DNA from: Nitrosopumilus sp.
GTDB lineage: Archaea > Thermoproteota > Nitrososphaeria > Nitrososphaerales > Nitrosopumilaceae
NCBI GenBank assembly: GCA_965249555.1
Contig: OZ252243.1
Coordinates: forward strand, 1,728,001-1,792,000
Direction of reading: 5' to 3'
DNA: 64,000 nucleotides
Within the stretch, counting starts at the first letter, position 1, and each line of letters opens with the position of its first letter. Under the pieces are notes generated by a model. That model was not told the DNA's origin, made no database searches, and saw only the letters and a program-made list of their open reading frames with translations. A program made the position numbers and the translations under genes. Shown here piece by piece: positions 10,620 to 21,392 of the stretch.

Positions 10620-10817
10620 GTGAACAAACCCTCAAAAAATAATGTGACAAAGGTTTATTGTACTAAATGTGATTTAGTTTTTGAATCACGAGAAAAATTT
10701 GAAAAGCATTTTGATAGACATTCATCAAAAGTCACTTGTGAGGTATGCCCTATTGATACTGTCATCGCAAAATTTGTGAACATGTTTAAACGAAACTCTT
10801 CTCGTAATCTGGAATAA
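10620..10817 (+). CDS. Small C2H2-type zinc-finger protein
   Basis: CTKC...HFDRH and CEVC. Confidence 0.65.
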   Translation: MNKPSKNNVTKVYCTKCDLVFESREKFEKHFDRHSSKVTCEVCPIDTVIAKFVNMFKRNSSRNLE

Positions 10818-10849
10818 GTTTTTTTAACCGATTTTTACTGTTTTAGTTT

Positions 10850-11512
10850 ATGAACAAAAAAGGTGTAATTATAGGTACCATTGTTGTGGCCGTTGTTCTT
10901 GGGATTAGTGCTTCGTACTCATTATCACCATCTGAAACTCTGAATCTCGATATGGTGCGAATACACGGTACAATTTCTACTGCTATGGGTTCGCCAATTT
11001 TAGGTGATCCTTCCGCTCCAATTACTATTGTTGAATTTGGTGATTACCAATGTCATCAATGCTATAACTGGTTTCATAATACAAAACCTGCAATAGTTCA
11101 AGATTATATTGATACTGGAAGAGCAAATCTAGTGTTTGTTGATTTGGCATTTCTGGGAAAAGATTCTCCAAAGGCAGCTCAGGCATCATATTGTGCTGAA
11201 GATCAAGGAATGTATTGGGAGTACCACGATACTCTTTACAATTTCCAAGAATCTAAAATTGATGGAGGTTGGGCACATTCTGAAAGACTCAAAGCTTTTG
11301 CATTTAGCTTAGACCTTGATATGGATCTGTTTGAAAGTTGTCTTGATTCTGAAAAATATTCTAAACGTGTACAATACAATATACAACAAGCAAGAGAAAA
11401 TGGTGTAAGGGGAACTCCTGGATTCTTCATTGTAGGTCCTAATGGACAAGAAAAAATAGGAGGAGCACAACCATTTTCAGTCTTTAAGGATATTTTGGAT
11501 TCTATGATCTAA
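10850..11512 (+). CDS. DsbA-family thioredoxin-fold oxidoreductase
   Basis: N-terminal TM anchor, EFGDYQCHQC, GVRGTPGF, GAQPF. Confidence 0.9.
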   Translation: MNKKGVIIGTIVVAVVLGISASYSLSPSETLNLDMVRIHGTISTAMGSPILGDPSAPITIVEFGDYQCHQCYNWFHNTKPAIVQDYIDTGRANLVFVDLAFLGKDSPKAAQASYCAEDQGMYWEYHDTLYNFQESKIDGGWAHSERLKAFAFSLDLDMDLFESCLDSEKYSKRVQYNIQQARENGVRGTPGFFIVGPNGQEKIGGAQPFSVFKDILDSMI

Positions 11513-11992
11513 ATGGCACACCCAATCAAATTCGTATACTCTAATTCTAAATATGTACTCTTAGCATCCGCAATTTTTGTATTGATGACTATTGGTTTAC
11601 TGATACTGTCTGAGTATATCTTCTTAGAACCTTATGTAGTTGCTCATCTTCCTTCTGGAAGTGAGTTAGGGTTTGTCCTTATTGTAACACTTTCGGCATT
11701 ATCTGCATTGGTTATTCCAATGAATATATTCAGGATAAATGTCCTTAAAAGTTCAAAACAAAAAATGGGTGGAGGAATTTTTGGTTCAATTATTGGAACT
11801 ATTGCTGGAGCATGTAGTTGTGGACCAATTGGATTTGCAGTAATTTCTACATTTGGTTCTGTTGGGGCTACTGCTACTGCATTTCTAACAAATTATGAGA
11901 TTCCAATTCGAATAATTGCTATTGTAATTTTGGCTGTTACATATTTTACAACTATAAAATCACTCAAAGTCGATTGTAATCTAGATTCTTAA
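11513..11992 (+). CDS. Membrane protein with CSC motif
   Basis: About 4 hydrophobic segments, GACSCGP, adjacent to dsbA. Confidence 0.7.
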   Translation: MAHPIKFVYSNSKYVLLASAIFVLMTIGLLILSEYIFLEPYVVAHLPSGSELGFVLIVTLSALSALVIPMNIFRINVLKSSKQKMGGGIFGSIIGTIAGACSCGPIGFAVISTFGSVGATATAFLTNYEIPIRIIAIVILAVTYFTTIKSLKVDCNLDS

Positions 11993-12002
11993 TTGTAATA
12001 CA

Positions 12003-12380
12003 TTAAAAATTATTGATTAGATGAATACTTGCAATTTTTTGGATCAGGTCATTAGCAAGAAATGGTTTACTAATCATAGAATGAACCGTTTCATATTTTG
12101 CAATTTTTTTTGCTTCTTGGTCTAAACTACCACTAACTAGAATCACTTTGGCGTTGGGATCTAATTTTGTAATCTTTTTTGCTGCATAACAACCATCATA
12201 CTTTGGCATCATTAAATCCAATAAGATTACATCTGGTTTGTATTTTTCATATAACTCAACTGCATCTTTTCCATTATATCCAACTGCAACTACTTTGATC
12301 TTCTTTAATTTCATCAAGAATTTTATGGATTCTACTTGCTCTATGTAATCATCAATTATTATTATTCTGACCGTTCCCAA
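12003..12380 (-). CDS. Response regulator receiver (CheY-like)
   Basis: IIDD, PDVILLDLMMPKYDG, SKPF. Confidence 0.9.
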   Translation of the reverse strand: MGTVRIIIIDDYIEQVESIKFLMKLKKIKVVAVGYNGKDAVELYEKYKPDVILLDLMMPKYDGCYAAKKITKLDPNAKVILVSGSLDQEAKKIAKYETVHSMISKPFLANDLIQKIASIHLINNF

Positions 12381-12785
12381 ATACCCCCAATATCTTATGT
12401 TGGGATATGAAATTACTTAACTATGATTATATGCATGTTGAAAGTTTATCTATTATTTCAGCGATTAATCATATTTTTATCCCAAAAATGATTTGAGTTA
12501 TCGTGAAGTTGAACCAACTTTGATTATCTAAATTCAAAAGTATACTTTTGTATTAATAATGAACCAAATAGGCAAACTTTTACAACCTTGGGATGTATCT
12601 TCGAGTCATTTGAATCGTTATTGTGACAGTCATTTATGTTCCAATTAGGCCTAGTAGACGAGATCCAGAGGATGATGAATTAGAATATGCCGAGGATTAG
12701 CATCTTTTTTTCCAAATTTGTATAAACTAACGAATTTTCAAACCTTGAAAAGTTGAGATATTTATTGCCATCTTTTAGGTTAAAC

Positions 12786-13724
12786 ATGATGCAGAATTGG
12801 AATCTTATATTTGGAATTTTAATTATTTCTAGTCCGATTCTTTTTGCAATGATTGCATTTCCAGATTCCATATCTTGGAGTTGGAATGAAGGACGAGGAG
12901 GCTATCTTTTCGCACTAGTTTTTGTCGCAGCTGAGCTCTTTGGTCTTAAAATTATCATTTCAAAAAAACGATTGCTTGCAGTAATTCCTATGGCAATTCT
13001 TACCATTTCATATCTGATTTCATTAGAATATGGATTAAGAGATTACATTATTGAATCTGCAGAACAATTTGATGTGCAATTAATTTATTCTTGGACATGG
13101 ATGTGGGACTTTGTTGTGATGGCAATTTTTATCGTTGTTGCATTGCATATCTTCTTTGGAAAACGTTGGATTCGAATTGCACCTGCAGGACCGATATTTC
13201 TAACTGGTACTGCAATAATTCTTTCACTTGATGCATTTTTCCCATATGACACTCTTGGTCCATTACAATACGTTGTTCCTTACTTTATTCAAGCAAATGT
13301 ATGGTTGATTACAGTACTTGATCTTGGAACTGCGGTAGCTAAAGATAACGTTATGTTCCTACGTGGTGAACATGGTTCGATAGCTCTTCAGGTGTTTTGG
13401 CCATCTGCCGGTGTACACAGTATCATCATCTTCTCTTTAGTAATTGGTGCATTCATGTTAAAACTGAACATTCCTCGAAACAGAAAAGCTATGTATTTTG
13501 TTTTAGGAATTATTGGCACAATTATTGTTAATTTAATCCGAATTTTTTCCTTATCTTGGTATGCATTGAAAGTTACTACAGATCCTACTGCATGGGAAGA
13601 ATTTCACCAAATTGCAGGTGAAATTATGTTTTTACCGTGGCTATTTGCATTCATTCTAGTTGTAATTCTAATAGAATCTCGACGTCTAAAAAAGTTAGAA
13701 TCTAAAGACCAAAATCACACCTAA
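12786..13724 (+). CDS. Thaumarchaeosortase (exosortase/archaeosortase family)
   Basis: Multi-TM; WNEGRGG, FWPSAGVHS, NLIRI, EEFH. The family's catalytic Cys position reads Ser. Confidence 0.8.
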   Translation: MMQNWNLIFGILIISSPILFAMIAFPDSISWSWNEGRGGYLFALVFVAAELFGLKIIISKKRLLAVIPMAILTISYLISLEYGLRDYIIESAEQFDVQLIYSWTWMWDFVVMAIFIVVALHIFFGKRWIRIAPAGPIFLTGTAIILSLDAFFPYDTLGPLQYVVPYFIQANVWLITVLDLGTAVAKDNVMFLRGEHGSIALQVFWPSAGVHSIIIFSLVIGAFMLKLNIPRNRKAMYFVLGIIGTIIVNLIRIFSLSWYALKVTTDPTAWEEFHQIAGEIMFLPWLFAFILVVILIESRRLKKLESKDQNHT

Positions 13725-14815
13725 AAATAGGTTGTAATGTCACTTTGCCCTTGAATTTCTGAGAGTTCTGCAACTTTAACCCCTAATCTTCTAATTGTGA
13801 TTGTTTGGTTTTCTAGGGCTTCTTTTAGTAATTGATCAGCGTTTTTTTGCAATTCTTCAAGATCTGAAGTTGGGTTTCTTAACATTCTCGATTTTGACTT
13901 GTTTGATAAATCTGATTGAACAAAGTGCACTCCAATTGATTTGAACATTCTATTGTTTTTCTTAACAACATCGTATACTTCATTGCATAACTTTGTCAGA
14001 TTATCGGATAGAAATTGATAGTCTTTTGAATCTTTTTTTAAAGTTACAATTTTACTATATTGTATTCTATCTTCTCTTTTTTTAACGGGTTCATTATCTA
14101 TTCCTCTTACTGCGTTGTAAATGTGTGTTCCACTTTTTCTTCCAAATTCTTTATTCAGTGTAAAAACATCTAATTTTTTCAAATCTTGAATTGTTTCAAG
14201 ATTCATTTCTGAAAATCTTTTTTCAGTTTTTCCCCCAATCCCTGGTATTGTTCTTATTTTTAATGGTTCTAGAAATTCATTAATTTTATCTGGAAATATA
14301 GTCGTAAGTCCATCTGGTTTTTTAAAGTCTGATGCTATTTTTGAAATCAATTTGTTTGGTGAAATTCCAATAGAACAACTAAGTTTTACCTTGTCTCTAA
14401 TTGAATTTTTAATTTGTTGAGCAAGATGACTTGCTTTTTTAAAATCACCATCTACTCTTTTTGTTACATCTAAATACGCTTCATCTTTTCCTACATATTC
14501 AAAAATATCTGCATAGTCTTTCATTAGATCCATTGCCTTTTCTGACATTTCAAAATAGTAATCAAAATCTACCGGTAAGAATACTGCATCTTTTCTTTCC
14601 TCAAGTCTTTTTTTTGCAAAAATTATTGGTATTCCTGATTTGACTCCATATTTTCTTGCAGTATAGTTAGCTGTGGCAATAGCCCCGCTATCTCCTCCTC
14701 TATCAGAATATACGCAAACACATACTGGTTTTGATCTTAATTCAGGGGATCTGATCTCTTCACATTGAGCATAAAAATAATCAAAATCTATGTGGAAAAC
14801 TATTCTTATTTCCAA
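13721..14815 (-). CDS. dinB: Y-family DNA polymerase IV (DinB/Dpo4)
   Basis: HIDFDYFYAQ, ANYTARKYG, DEAY, KIASDFKKPDG, IPGIG, IRRLGV. Confidence 0.93.
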   Translation of the reverse strand: MEIRIVFHIDFDYFYAQCEEIRSPELRSKPVCVCVYSDRGGDSGAIATANYTARKYGVKSGIPIIFAKKRLEERKDAVFLPVDFDYYFEMSEKAMDLMKDYADIFEYVGKDEAYLDVTKRVDGDFKKASHLAQQIKNSIRDKVKLSCSIGISPNKLISKIASDFKKPDGLTTIFPDKINEFLEPLKIRTIPGIGGKTEKRFSEMNLETIQDLKKLDVFTLNKEFGRKSGTHIYNAVRGIDNEPVKKREDRIQYSKIVTLKKDSKDYQFLSDNLTKLCNEVYDVVKKNNRMFKSIGVHFVQSDLSNKSKSRMLRNPTSDLEELQKNADQLLKEALENQTITIRRLGVKVAELSEIQGQSDITTYF

Positions 14816-14869
14816 TAAATTTCTGTCCTTTTTTGATTATTACTATATTGTGTATTCATCTACAGCGTG

Positions 14870-15746
14870 CTAATCTGAAGTTTTTGGTAATCTCATTGTA
14901 AAAACACTGGGTGGCGAAGTTACTGAAATTGTACCTCCATGTACGTCTATTATGGATTTGACACTTGCAAGTCCAGTTCCTTGCTGTTTAGTGGTAAATA
15001 ATGGCTCAAATATTTTTGGAATTATATTGTCTGGAATCCCTGGACCTGAATCACTTACTTGAATCAACATAAAATTATCTCCCCTTTCATTGTCTTTGGA
15101 AGCTGTAATTTCTATTACACCTCTTTTTTATTTATTGCTTGAATTGCATTCATAATTAAATTAACAAAAACAACTTGCAATTTTATTGGTTCACAATATA
15201 TGCTTACTTCATCTTTAGGTGTATTGATTGTTATGTTAGATGGAATCATGATCTGTTCCATTGATTCTTTTAAAATTTTTGATAAAGAGATGTTTTGTTT
15301 GTCGAGTGGACTTTTTCTGATAAAATTAAGTACATCTTTTATTTGATGCTCCATGCGGTCGATTGCACGTTCATGCATTTGCCATTTTTTCTCAATTGAA
15401 TCCGCAAGTATCTTTTGCGAGAAATTTTTCAAAATTTCAGATGATGTCTTTATAACGTTTAAAGGATTTAGTAGATCATGGGCTATACGTGCTGATAATT
15501 CTCCAATTGCAGAAAGACGTTCTGATTTTACAAGTTCTTGGGTTTTTCTTTTCTTTCTAATTTATCACGATGATTTGCTATTTCATTTTTTATCTTTTCT
15601 AGTTGCATCATACTATGCAATAATTCATGATTGATCTGATCTGCTATATTTTGATCTTCTTTGAATTCTTTGACTTTGGCTATGAGCAAGTCCACCATTT
15701 TGTCATCTGTCATTTCACGCATAAAGAAATATGGACTATTGTCCAT
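14870..15746 (-). pseudogene. Sensor histidine kinase, fragmented
   Basis: Three ORF pieces join across two frameshifts: H-box (ERLSAIGELSARIAHDLLNPL), N-box (NLIMNAIQA), G1/F/G2 (DSGPGI, IFEPLFTTK, GTGLAS, lacking one GL). Confidence 0.85.
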
Positions 15747-15906
15747 ACTATGTGATTACTCATTGTCTTAACGAATTCGTGTATGTTTGGCATGATCAAA
15801 CTCATAATATTGAAAAAATCTAAAAATTATTCTTAAATTCGATCAAAAAAATACTGTCGAATCTTCAAAGTTATGCATCTAAATACTCCACAGTTTCACT
15901 CTTCTC

Positions 15907-16155
15907 ATGGATTATCCTGTCTCCGCAGATGAAAATGGTGTAAATTTAAAACCTGAGAAAATGGAAAAAGAAAAACTTTATCATTGTATATTCAAGAACA
16001 AGGCATTTTTGATTTTCAAAGATTCACAAGATGTCTTAAATTGTTATGAGATTGAACAAGAGGATTTAGTGGAACAAATTAGAAAATGTACTCATGATGA
16101 TGAACTTGAAAAATTATTTGAAGGCTATATCCAGGGACAAAATCTTAAAAATTAA
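15907..16155 (+). CDS. Hypothetical protein
   Basis: 82-aa ORF with an AT-rich TATA-like element just upstream. Confidence 0.65.
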   Translation: MDYPVSADENGVNLKPEKMEKEKLYHCIFKNKAFLIFKDSQDVLNCYEIEQEDLVEQIRKCTHDDELEKLFEGYIQGQNLKN

Positions 16156-16196
16156 ATAAAAGCGAGAGAAGATTTTGTTATAAAAGGAATTTAAAA

Positions 16197-17120
16197 TTGA
16201 GCGACTCTAACAGATCAAAAGATGCAGAAGATATTTTATCCGAATTTGATTCTCGTACTAAACCAGAATCTGAACCAACACCAGAATCTGAACCAACACC
16301 AGAACCTGAACCAACACCAGAACCTGAACCAACACCAGAACCTGAACCAACACCAGAACCTGAACCAACACCAGAACCTGAACCAACACCAGAACCTGAA
16401 CCAACACCAGAACCTGAACCAACACCAGAACCTGAACCAACACCAGAACCTGAACCAACACCAGAACCTGAACCAACACCAGAACCTGAACCAACACCAG
16501 AACCTGAACCAACACCAGAACCAACACCAGAACCTGAACCAACACCAGAACCTGAACCAACACCAGAACCTGAACCAACACCAGAACCTGAACCAACACC
16601 AGAACCTGAACCAACACCAGAACCAACACCAGAACCAACACCAGAACCAACACCTGAACCAACACCAGAACCTGAACCAACACCAGAACCAACACCTGAA
16701 CCAACACCAGAACCAACACCAGAACCAACACCAGAACCAGAACCAACACCAGAACCAGAACCAACACCAGAACCTGAACCAACACCAGAACCTGAACCAA
16801 CACCAGAACCAACTTCTAGTGAAACTTCTGATTCTCCTAGAAAATTAGAAGACCGTGATGTAATCTTTGTTGGTACAAAACCAATTATGACTTATGTTTC
16901 TGCAACCTTAACACAACTTTCAACAAGACAGACTGTGACTATCAAAGCTAGAGGAAAAAGAATTACACAAGCAGTAGATGTGTCTCAAATGATTGTTAAA
17001 AGAATGGATTTTGTGGGCTATGTTATTAGTGATGTAAGAATTTTGTCTGATTCTCTTACTTCTCAAGATGGAAAACAACGCAACGTATCTATAATAGAAA
17101 TTGACCTTTCAAAAAACTAG
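16197..17120 (+). CDS. Alba-family nucleic-acid-binding protein with long Pro/Glu/Thr N-terminal tract
   Basis: C-terminal [36 protein letters not shown] (Alba domain). Confidence 0.88.
   Translation: MSDSNRSKDAEDILSEFDSRTKPESEPTPESEPTPEPEPTPEPEPTPEPEPTPEPEPTPEPEPTPEPEPTPEPEPTPEPEPTPEPEPTPEPEPTPEPEPTPEPEPTPEPTPEPEPTPEPEPTPEPEPTPEPEPTPEPEPTPEPTPEPTPEPTPEPTPEPEPTPEPTPEPTPEPTPEPTPEPEPTPEPEPTPEPEPTPEPEPTPEPTSSETSDSPRKLEDRDVIFVGTKPIMTYVSATLTQLSTRQTVTIKARGKRITQAVDVSQMIVKRMDFVGYVISDVRILSDSLTSQDGKQRNVSIIEIDLSKN
16263..16813 (+). repeat. Coding tandem repeat: 18-bp CCAGAACCTGAACCAACA with 12-bp variants ([10 protein letters not shown])
   Basis: About 550 bp of near-perfect repeats visible directly. 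Confidence 0.97.
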
Positions 17121-17340
17121 TTTAAGAAATTTGATTCTAATTGTAATCGGAATTGCTCTTCTTATAATTTTAATTAGTTTTACTGGTTCTTCTTGTGGAA
17201 TACAACATATGATAATTTTAAATGAAATTACTTCATATGAGAAATCTCTTGAACCTGAATTTTGCGAAATCATAGTTGAAAAAATTGATTTGTTTAATGA
17301 TGATTGTGAACCTCAAATAGAAATTTTAGATTGTGGTTAA
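17101..17340 (+). CDS. Small membrane-anchored Cys-containing protein
   Basis: N-terminal TM, 4 Cys. Confidence 0.55.
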   Translation: MTFQKTSLRNLILIVIGIALLIILISFTGSSCGIQHMIILNEITSYEKSLEPEFCEIIVEKIDLFNDDCEPQIEILDCG

Positions 17341-17957
17341 AGTAATACATCTACCAAAAATGTAATTCCAAAATAAACTAACATCAAACTTAATGCTATC
17401 ATCAATATTCTATAATTTTTGTTCGAAAGAATTTTTGAACTTTTTGATGCTAGAAATGAAACTGTTCCTAACCACGCAAAATCCATCCAAATATGTAATC
17501 CGAACACGATTAGTATGCCTGCAAATGACCACATTAGCATTGCGTCTGAAATTAATTTGAATCCAATAGCCAACCACCAAATTATAAAAAATGGGTTTAA
17601 CGCACTTAGTGCAATTCCTGCAATGAATGGGCCTTGTTTTGAATTAGATACAACGAGTTCTTTCCTTCTTAATGTAGTTCTAATTTGTATTATTGCAAAT
17701 ACAAAAAGTGTAATTGCTCCAAAAATGGAAATTATGGTCCTGAATTCTGGAAATGATTCTAACGAAAAAACTCCCACTCCTAACAAAATTACTAATGGTA
17801 ATTCGACAATTGTATGCCCAACTGCCATTTTAATCCCTGCTCTGGTGCCTTCTCTTAATCCATATGATATGTTTGCTGCAAAAAGTGGTCCTGGTGCCAT
17901 AACTCCTGATGCTGAAATTACTATAACTAATACTGCAAATTCAAGGATCTGAACCAT
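17337..17957 (-). CDS. LysE-family translocator
   Basis: SGVMAPGP, GHTIVE, ALNPFFIIWW. Confidence 0.88.
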   Translation of the reverse strand: MVQILEFAVLVIVISASGVMAPGPLFAANISYGLREGTRAGIKMAVGHTIVELPLVILLGVGVFSLESFPEFRTIISIFGAITLFVFAIIQIRTTLRRKELVVSNSKQGPFIAGIALSALNPFFIIWWLAIGFKLISDAMLMWSFAGILIVFGLHIWMDFAWLGTVSFLASKSSKILSNKNYRILMIALSLMLVYFGITFLVDVLL

Positions 17958-18010
17958 TGTTTTCTAACATTACTAATTTTTAGTTATAAAATAAACATAA
18001 TTGAAAAGTT

Positions 18011-18724
18011 TTATCTATACATGGAATCTTTAAGATGCTTTGATTCTTCCTCTGTTTCTTTCATTATTATTTCGGCTTTTTCAGCTTGTTTTTCTAATAA
18101 TGGAATATCGCATGAAACTCCTGGAATTAATTTAGACATTGCATCACAAATTTGTACACTTGATTTAAAATCTGGACCTTTTCCGTCCGTGTAAAAAATC
18201 ACCACAATTACATCTTGACCCATCGTACATCCTTCATTTAACAATCTTGCTGGAATTCCTGGTATCGTTCCATGATCTAAAACTTTCAAACCTGCTTTTC
18301 TAATTTTTTCTCTAGCCGAATCTGTATTTCCTATTACCATAACTTCTTCACTACCATCTGGTGATTTTACTGCAACACTGCTAACGATTAATCCAATTTT
18401 GTGTTTCGCTGCCCAATTTAGCATTGTTTTAGCTGCAGCTTTATGTAATGATTGATCAAGTGTAAGATATGACAAAAATACTCCAACTTTCAAATCTTCG
18501 TTAACAAAAATTCTTGACGGATAATTGGGTTTTTCATCTTTGATGATGCTAATTGGAGGAAAACTTGGCGAATCAATTATTCCTACTAACTCAAATTGTG
18601 ATGTATGTATCATTGATTCAGTTGCAATTGCACTACTAAACCCTACTGATGGAAAACCGTCAATAAGATACCCTCCTTCTAAATTTATGGGTTTTAATTC
18701 TTTAATTGTAATTTTGGGAAACAA
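18011..18724 (-). CDS. PAC2 (proteasome assembly chaperone) family protein
   Basis: LIDGFPSVG, SPSFPP, GPDF. Confidence 0.82.
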   Translation of the reverse strand: MFPKITIKELKPINLEGGYLIDGFPSVGFSSAIATESMIHTSQFELVGIIDSPSFPPISIIKDEKPNYPSRIFVNEDLKVGVFLSYLTLDQSLHKAAAKTMLNWAAKHKIGLIVSSVAVKSPDGSEEVMVIGNTDSAREKIRKAGLKVLDHGTIPGIPARLLNEGCTMGQDVIVVIFYTDGKGPDFKSSVQICDAMSKLIPGVSCDIPLLEKQAEKAEIIMKETEEESKHLKDSMYR

Positions 18725-18772
18725 TGAATAATTTTTGTCTTAATAGAATAATAATTTTTTGCTAAGTTTAAT

Positions 18773-19735
18773 CTATTTTTTCAATTTTGAAATAAGTGCT
18801 GCATAAATGAATGGCAATATTGTTGTCACCTCTGCATGAAGTGTTGCTTGTTTTGCTTTTTGTGTTACTTTTCCCCAGGAAATTGCTTCTTTGACTAATG
18901 CGCCACTAAGACTTCCATCAAACTCTTGTGCAGTTGTAATGTAAAATGCATAGTCCAGTCCTTCTCTGTATTGATTCCACCATAATGTGTGGTGTTTTGA
19001 AATTCCTCCTCCAATCATAAATGCTCCTGATTTTTCAGCTTTGAAAATTAATCCTGAAAGTAATTCTGCATCTCCTATTATGTTTAGTTTGAAATCACTG
19101 TGTTTCTGTGTGAAAAGCCAAATTTGATTTCCTACCGCTCCGTCCACAATTCCTGGAACTACAACGCTGACATTGTTTTTGTATGCCCAATAGAGAAATG
19201 AATCTTCTCCTAGATGTTTCCCAATCATTTTGCATATTTCAGCAGTGGTCATCTCTCTTGCTCCATTTTGATACTCTTCTTCTAAAAATTCCTGCATCTT
19301 TTCTTCAATAATTGGCCCATAACTTTCCATAGGCACAAGTATATTTCCTAATCTGTGGATATTTTGGTCTGCTAACTCTTTGTCATCCATGGTGAAAGAA
19401 CCTTCTTTGTAATGTGAAAAATGTCTTGCAATGTCATGATCTAATGCTCCACAAGTTGTCATGGCAACATCAAACCACTTGTTTTTGATCATATCCTTAA
19501 TAATTCCTCTTAATCCTGTTGACATTACAGCTGCTACAAATGAGACAAATCTCAAACATTGTTCATCTGAAATCATTTTTGTTAAAATTTCCAACCCGTC
19601 TGATAAATTTACTGATTCAAATCCTCCTGATTGAGATAACTCTTCAAATATTTTTTCTATAGATGTGTTTGAATCAATCTCAATATCTTTGACTGGCCGG
19701 CCTGGTTCTATCATCCTTTCCATCGTTGAATGCAA
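18773..19735 (-). CDS. dys: Deoxyhypusine synthase
   Basis: HRLGN, GGGISKHH, FDGSLSGA, EAISWGK. Confidence 0.93.
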   Translation of the reverse strand: MHSTMERMIEPGRPVKDIEIDSNTSIEKIFEELSQSGGFESVNLSDGLEILTKMISDEQCLRFVSFVAAVMSTGLRGIIKDMIKNKWFDVAMTTCGALDHDIARHFSHYKEGSFTMDDKELADQNIHRLGNILVPMESYGPIIEEKMQEFLEEEYQNGAREMTTAEICKMIGKHLGEDSFLYWAYKNNVSVVVPGIVDGAVGNQIWLFTQKHSDFKLNIIGDAELLSGLIFKAEKSGAFMIGGGISKHHTLWWNQYREGLDYAFYITTAQEFDGSLSGALVKEAISWGKVTQKAKQATLHAEVTTILPFIYAALISKLKK

Positions 19736-19816
19736 GTATAAATTTCTGTCTCAATTGAAATTATTTTATTACTTATCTAAGAAAACTTTTAACCTGCATA
19801 ATAACACTCTTTTTGA

Positions 19817-20911
19817 ATGGCAGGTAGAATTAAAGTTGGTTTAGTAGGTATCGGTAATTGTTTTTCTGGATTAATTGAAGGAATTGAATACTATCAAAAA
19901 AATCCATCTCAAGAGGTTACTGGAATTATTCATGATAAATTAGCTGGATATGGAATTCATGATATTGATTTTGTGTGTGGATTCGATGTTGCTGAAAATA
20001 AAGTTGGAAAACTACTCAATGATGCAATCTATGAATATCCAAACATGGTTGACTGGATTCCAAAAGATGAAATGCCAAAAACAGATGCCAAAGTCTATGA
20101 AAGTCCAATTTTAGATGGTGTTGGCATATGGGTGGAAAACAGAATAAATCCAATTAAAAATCCTAAAACTATCGACCAGATTACTGAAGACATAAAAAAA
20201 GTACTCAAAGATACTGGCGTTGAAATTATTGTGTCTTATTTGCCTGTTGGCTCTGATAAAGTAACTGAGTTTTGGGCTCAAATTTGTCTTGATACTGGTA
20301 CTGCCTTTGTAAATTGCATACCCTCGTTTATTGCCTCAGATGAAAAATGGGCTAAAAAATTTGAAGAAAAAAATATTCCTTGTATTGGAGATGATATCAA
20401 GGGTCAGGTTGGTGCGACCATAGTTCATAGAACATTAGCTAAATTATGTAGCGACAGAGGAACTAAAATTGAAAAAACATATCAAATCAATGTTGGGGGC
20501 AACACTGATTTTCTAAACATGAAAGAACAAAATAGACTTGCCTCCAAGAGAATTTCTAAAACAGAAAGTGTTCAAAGCCAACTTGCTGAGCGACTAGATG
20601 ATGATCAAATTTATGTTGGCCCTTCTGATTTTATTCCATTTTTAGGTAATACAAAACTCATGTTCATGAGAATCGAAGGTCGTCAATGGGCAAACATCCC
20701 TTACAATATGGAAGTTCGTTTGGAAGTTGATGACAAAGCAAACTCTGCAGGAATTGTAATTGATGCAATCAGATTGGCAAAAATTGCTCTTGATAGAGGA
20801 GTTGGTGGGCCTATTAAACCAGCAAGTGCTTATTTGATGAAACATCCAATCGAGCAAACTTCTGATATTGACGCAAAAGTCGAATGTGAAAAGTTTGTTG
20901 CTGGTGAATAA
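19817..20911 (+). CDS. ino1: myo-inositol-1-phosphate synthase
   Basis: GIGNC, YLPVGS, GDDIKGQVGAT, NVGGNTDF, SKTESV, DKANSAG. Confidence 0.93.
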   Translation: MAGRIKVGLVGIGNCFSGLIEGIEYYQKNPSQEVTGIIHDKLAGYGIHDIDFVCGFDVAENKVGKLLNDAIYEYPNMVDWIPKDEMPKTDAKVYESPILDGVGIWVENRINPIKNPKTIDQITEDIKKVLKDTGVEIIVSYLPVGSDKVTEFWAQICLDTGTAFVNCIPSFIASDEKWAKKFEEKNIPCIGDDIKGQVGATIVHRTLAKLCSDRGTKIEKTYQINVGGNTDFLNMKEQNRLASKRISKTESVQSQLAERLDDDQIYVGPSDFIPFLGNTKLMFMRIEGRQWANIPYNMEVRLEVDDKANSAGIVIDAIRLAKIALDRGVGGPIKPASAYLMKHPIEQTSDIDAKVECEKFVAGE

Positions 20912-21101
20912 TCATTGAAACTTGTTTGAATCTGAAAATCTAATTTTTCTACTTTTCTCGTATTTGCCAAGTTTGAATTCTCTTATAATTTCACTCTCCC
21001 CATTTAGTTTGGTGATTTTTGTAGTCATTTGGTCTGGTCCCCTCTAGAATGAGAACGCCTGCATACATACACTTTTCAGGAGATCTAGGAGATTCACACT
21101 C

Positions 21102-21392
21102 ATGGTAAAGAACAAATTCACACCTGCAGAAAAATCAAGGATAATCCTTGAATCATTAAACACCAACATTGGAACTGCAGAATTGTGCAGAAAGTACAAT
21201 ATTCATCCGCAGACATTCTACTCTTGGAAAGAAAAGTTTGTGGATGGAGGCAAATCCGCATTAAACAGCAGATCTGGTGACAATACATGCAAGACATTAC
21301 AAAAAGAAAATGAGACTCTAAAAAGAATCGTAGGTGAGCTGACCATCGTCAATGACACTTTTAAAAAAACGTTGGAGGGACACAAAAGATGA
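21102..21392 (+). CDS. IS3 transposase OrfA
   Basis: Identical protein to 2220..2510. Confidence 0.92.
   Translation: MVKNKFTPAEKSRIILESLNTNIGTAELCRKYNIHPQTFYSWKEKFVDGGKSALNSRSGDNTCKTLQKENETLKRIVGELTIVNDTFKKTLEGHKR

Noticed and set aside
16222-16848. QNLNQH and VLVQ repeat ORFs; possible CRISPR array
   Set aside because: Alternative frames of the Alba PEPEPT minisatellite; units are contiguous with no unique spacers.
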